64,000 bases of DNA, taken from a virus (lineage: Duplodnaviria > Caudoviricetes). The DNA lies in IMG/VR virus record IMGVR_UViG_3300009129_001283, positions 357-64,356 of that record. One strand, written 5' to 3'. The position numbers and the translations under genes are program-made. Shown here one piece after another: positions 63,501-64,000 of the stretch. Under the pieces are notes generated by a model. It did no database searches. It was not told where the DNA came from and saw only the letters and a list, made by a program, of their open reading frames with translations. Numbering within the stretch: the stretch's first letter is position 1; every line of letters starts with the position of its first letter.

Positions 63501-63999
63501 TCTCAGAAAGAAGCTTATAATCTAGGCGAGGGTACCTAAAAAAATTTTCAGGGGAGTAAGACTTTGAGATCATTTTGAATAGGTTGGTTAAGCCAGTTTG
63601 GTTTTGGGCCAAAAGCACCAAGTGGCGGCGCTTGTTAATGTGACTCTTGATGAGGGATTTCGACGCGCCCTCATCTTCGACGGTGGTGCCGCTAGCCTCT
63701 TCTTTGGCCCTGGTCTTCTTGTCCTTGTCGTATTCTTCCTTAATTCTGCGCCACTCTTCTACGCAAGGAACGAAGTAGGCTTCGACTCCATAGATTGGTT
63801 TAAAATCTTTGCCATCTTTCTTCATCTGCTTCCCATGAAGAACCTGATATGCCAAGCCGTTCATATTGCCGTGATCCGTAAGGGCTAGAGCATCACTTCC
63901 GTTGCCGTAGGCAAAGTCCATGTGGTCTTGCGGATAGCCCAATCCATCAAAAGGGCTTCCAGCAACTGAATGTGCATGGAGGCCGACAAACTTAATCTT
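60577..63999 (-). CDS. dnaE: DNA polymerase III alpha subunit (family C), 5' truncated
   Basis: PHP motifs LHAHS (read past the ORF-track start), TDHG and ADSHY; GRGSAAGS, PDIDYD, KFDILGL, YGFNASHA. Confidence 0.95.
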   Translation of the reverse strand, partial: KIKFVGLHAHSVAGSPFDGLGYPQDHMDFAYGNGSDALALTDHGNMNGLAYQVLHGKQMKKDGKDFKPIYGVEAYFVPCVEEWRRIKEEYDKDKKTRAKEEASGTTVEDEGASKSLIKSHINKRRHLVLLAQNQTGLTNLFKMISKSYSPENFFRYPRLDYKLLSENSEGIIAASACMGGIYAGDYWENREESEEAVLTAMRETTKRMVEIFGDNWYGELQWNAIPEQHEINKYVIKVCGEMNVPLISTADSHYPSPDLWKDRELYKKLGWISKGKGMERELPETVDDVGYELYPKNGDQMWESYKRYSEKCEVEYDDDLVLQSIERTHSIANDKIEDFFPDNTVRLPDFVVPEGQTADRALVAQCIEALKKMGLSKNMEYVNRLKMELEVISDRGFSKYFLTMKAISDRVSSKQLVGAGRGSAAGSLVSYVLNITQIDPIKYKLQFERFLRKDATDYPDIDYDCSEPMEAKEMLIEEWGEDTVVPITNWNTLQLRSLIKDISKLYGIPFIEVNNVTSKMMREATPKAKAARGQTAGVYTPTFEEVMVYSDSLREFLEKYPNVKTHVLNLYGQVRSASRHAGGCLVGEQLTKYMPIIASGGVRQTPWSEGQNVRHLEPMGFIKFDILGLASLRMVEGAIRHILKRHMKIPEPTFEDVQNFYNERLHPSTIDFNNQEVWKNIFHEGRWTGVFQFTNDGAQKFCKTARPESLMDLSAITSIFRPGPLSANVDKLYVAAKLNPDEVEYGHPLLKEILQETYGFIIFQEQLALIAHKMGKDVSLDEGNLLRKLLTKKGTGKGKRELDKIEKKFLAGCTEKGMQLADAEVIWKKMEFFSGYGFNASHAVSYATLSFQCAWLLNYYPAEWTAAFLDKEPENRKEAAINIAKSQGFAIRNLDINTSGRVWEISEDGSTLIQPLTSIKGLGLAAIEQIERARPFTDVEDFLFNDNITYSKLNKKALDVLCRSGALRSLMDDRFKGDRHFWFCVAFERPRKEKNLADNLFKAEEFLLSEGEGLDFSNEERIENLVNLTGIFPMHLVVNDSVIRRLRERYVPPISEYDPELGAVWFIPRKVTSRKTKNDKTYWIVEVIDENNVLTSIKCWGIKEGKDSITINHPYMARLQYDEQWGFSCRSIRHQFKMLG

Positions 64000-64000
64000 A

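Noticed and set aside
1033-63888. Numerous plus-strand ORFs (e.g. 5945-6649, 9421-10086, 50481-51224, 55157-55831)
   Set aside because: Ser/Phe-rich antisense shadows of real minus-strand genes, with no recognisable motifs.
60577-63999. Intein or intron in dnaE
   Set aside because: Length and motif spacing are normal; no intein termini or LAGLIDADG motifs seen.
1-64000. Stop-codon recoding (code 15 or 4), as seen in some huge phages
   Set aside because: Recognisable genes are full length in code 11, and TAG, TGA and TAA all end genes at sensible positions.

Overview
This window is most consistent with a segment of a large (jumbo/huge) tailed-phage genome, read in standard code 11 with almost every gene on the minus strand. 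No capsid, portal, terminase or integrase lies inside it, so the phage call is inferred from gene content and architecture. There are three blocks. (1) About 0.8-23 kb: probable late/virion genes. These include acidic and basic proteins with recurring N-terminal leaders and (I/L)-x-E sites, a ligase-like/HIGH-nucleotidyltransferase fusion, a 1646-aa protein with two WCT domains, an HNH nuclease and a tail-fibre-like protein, plus a lysine 2,3-aminomutase and a beta-barrel moron. (2) About 23-41 kb: dense small early-type genes behind sigma70-like promoters. This block holds most of an expanded GDLV (SH3/KOW-like) family of about 19 genes, IscA, a DNA methyltransferase and several structured non-coding segments. 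(3) About 41-64 kb: VWA/AAA pair, CglD-like Cys-rich VWA lipoprotein, tRNA-Arg, lytic transglycosylase, GroEL, tRNA-Gly, amidase, GuaB/GuaC, MazG-like protein, dUTPase, adenine methylase with a putative endonuclease, and DnaE (truncated). The lipoprotein styles suggest a Myxococcota or related deltaproteobacterial host (inference). The most unusual signals are: a duplicated ~170-200 bp regulatory module (terminator, GATC palindrome, IHF-like array, promoter); a CCAC array with 10-bp period; a CTATTTA motif placed 3-6 nt before many start codons; shared leader peptides on unrelated cargo proteins; and several candidate structured RNAs. All family assignments come from motif recognition by eye, not database searches.
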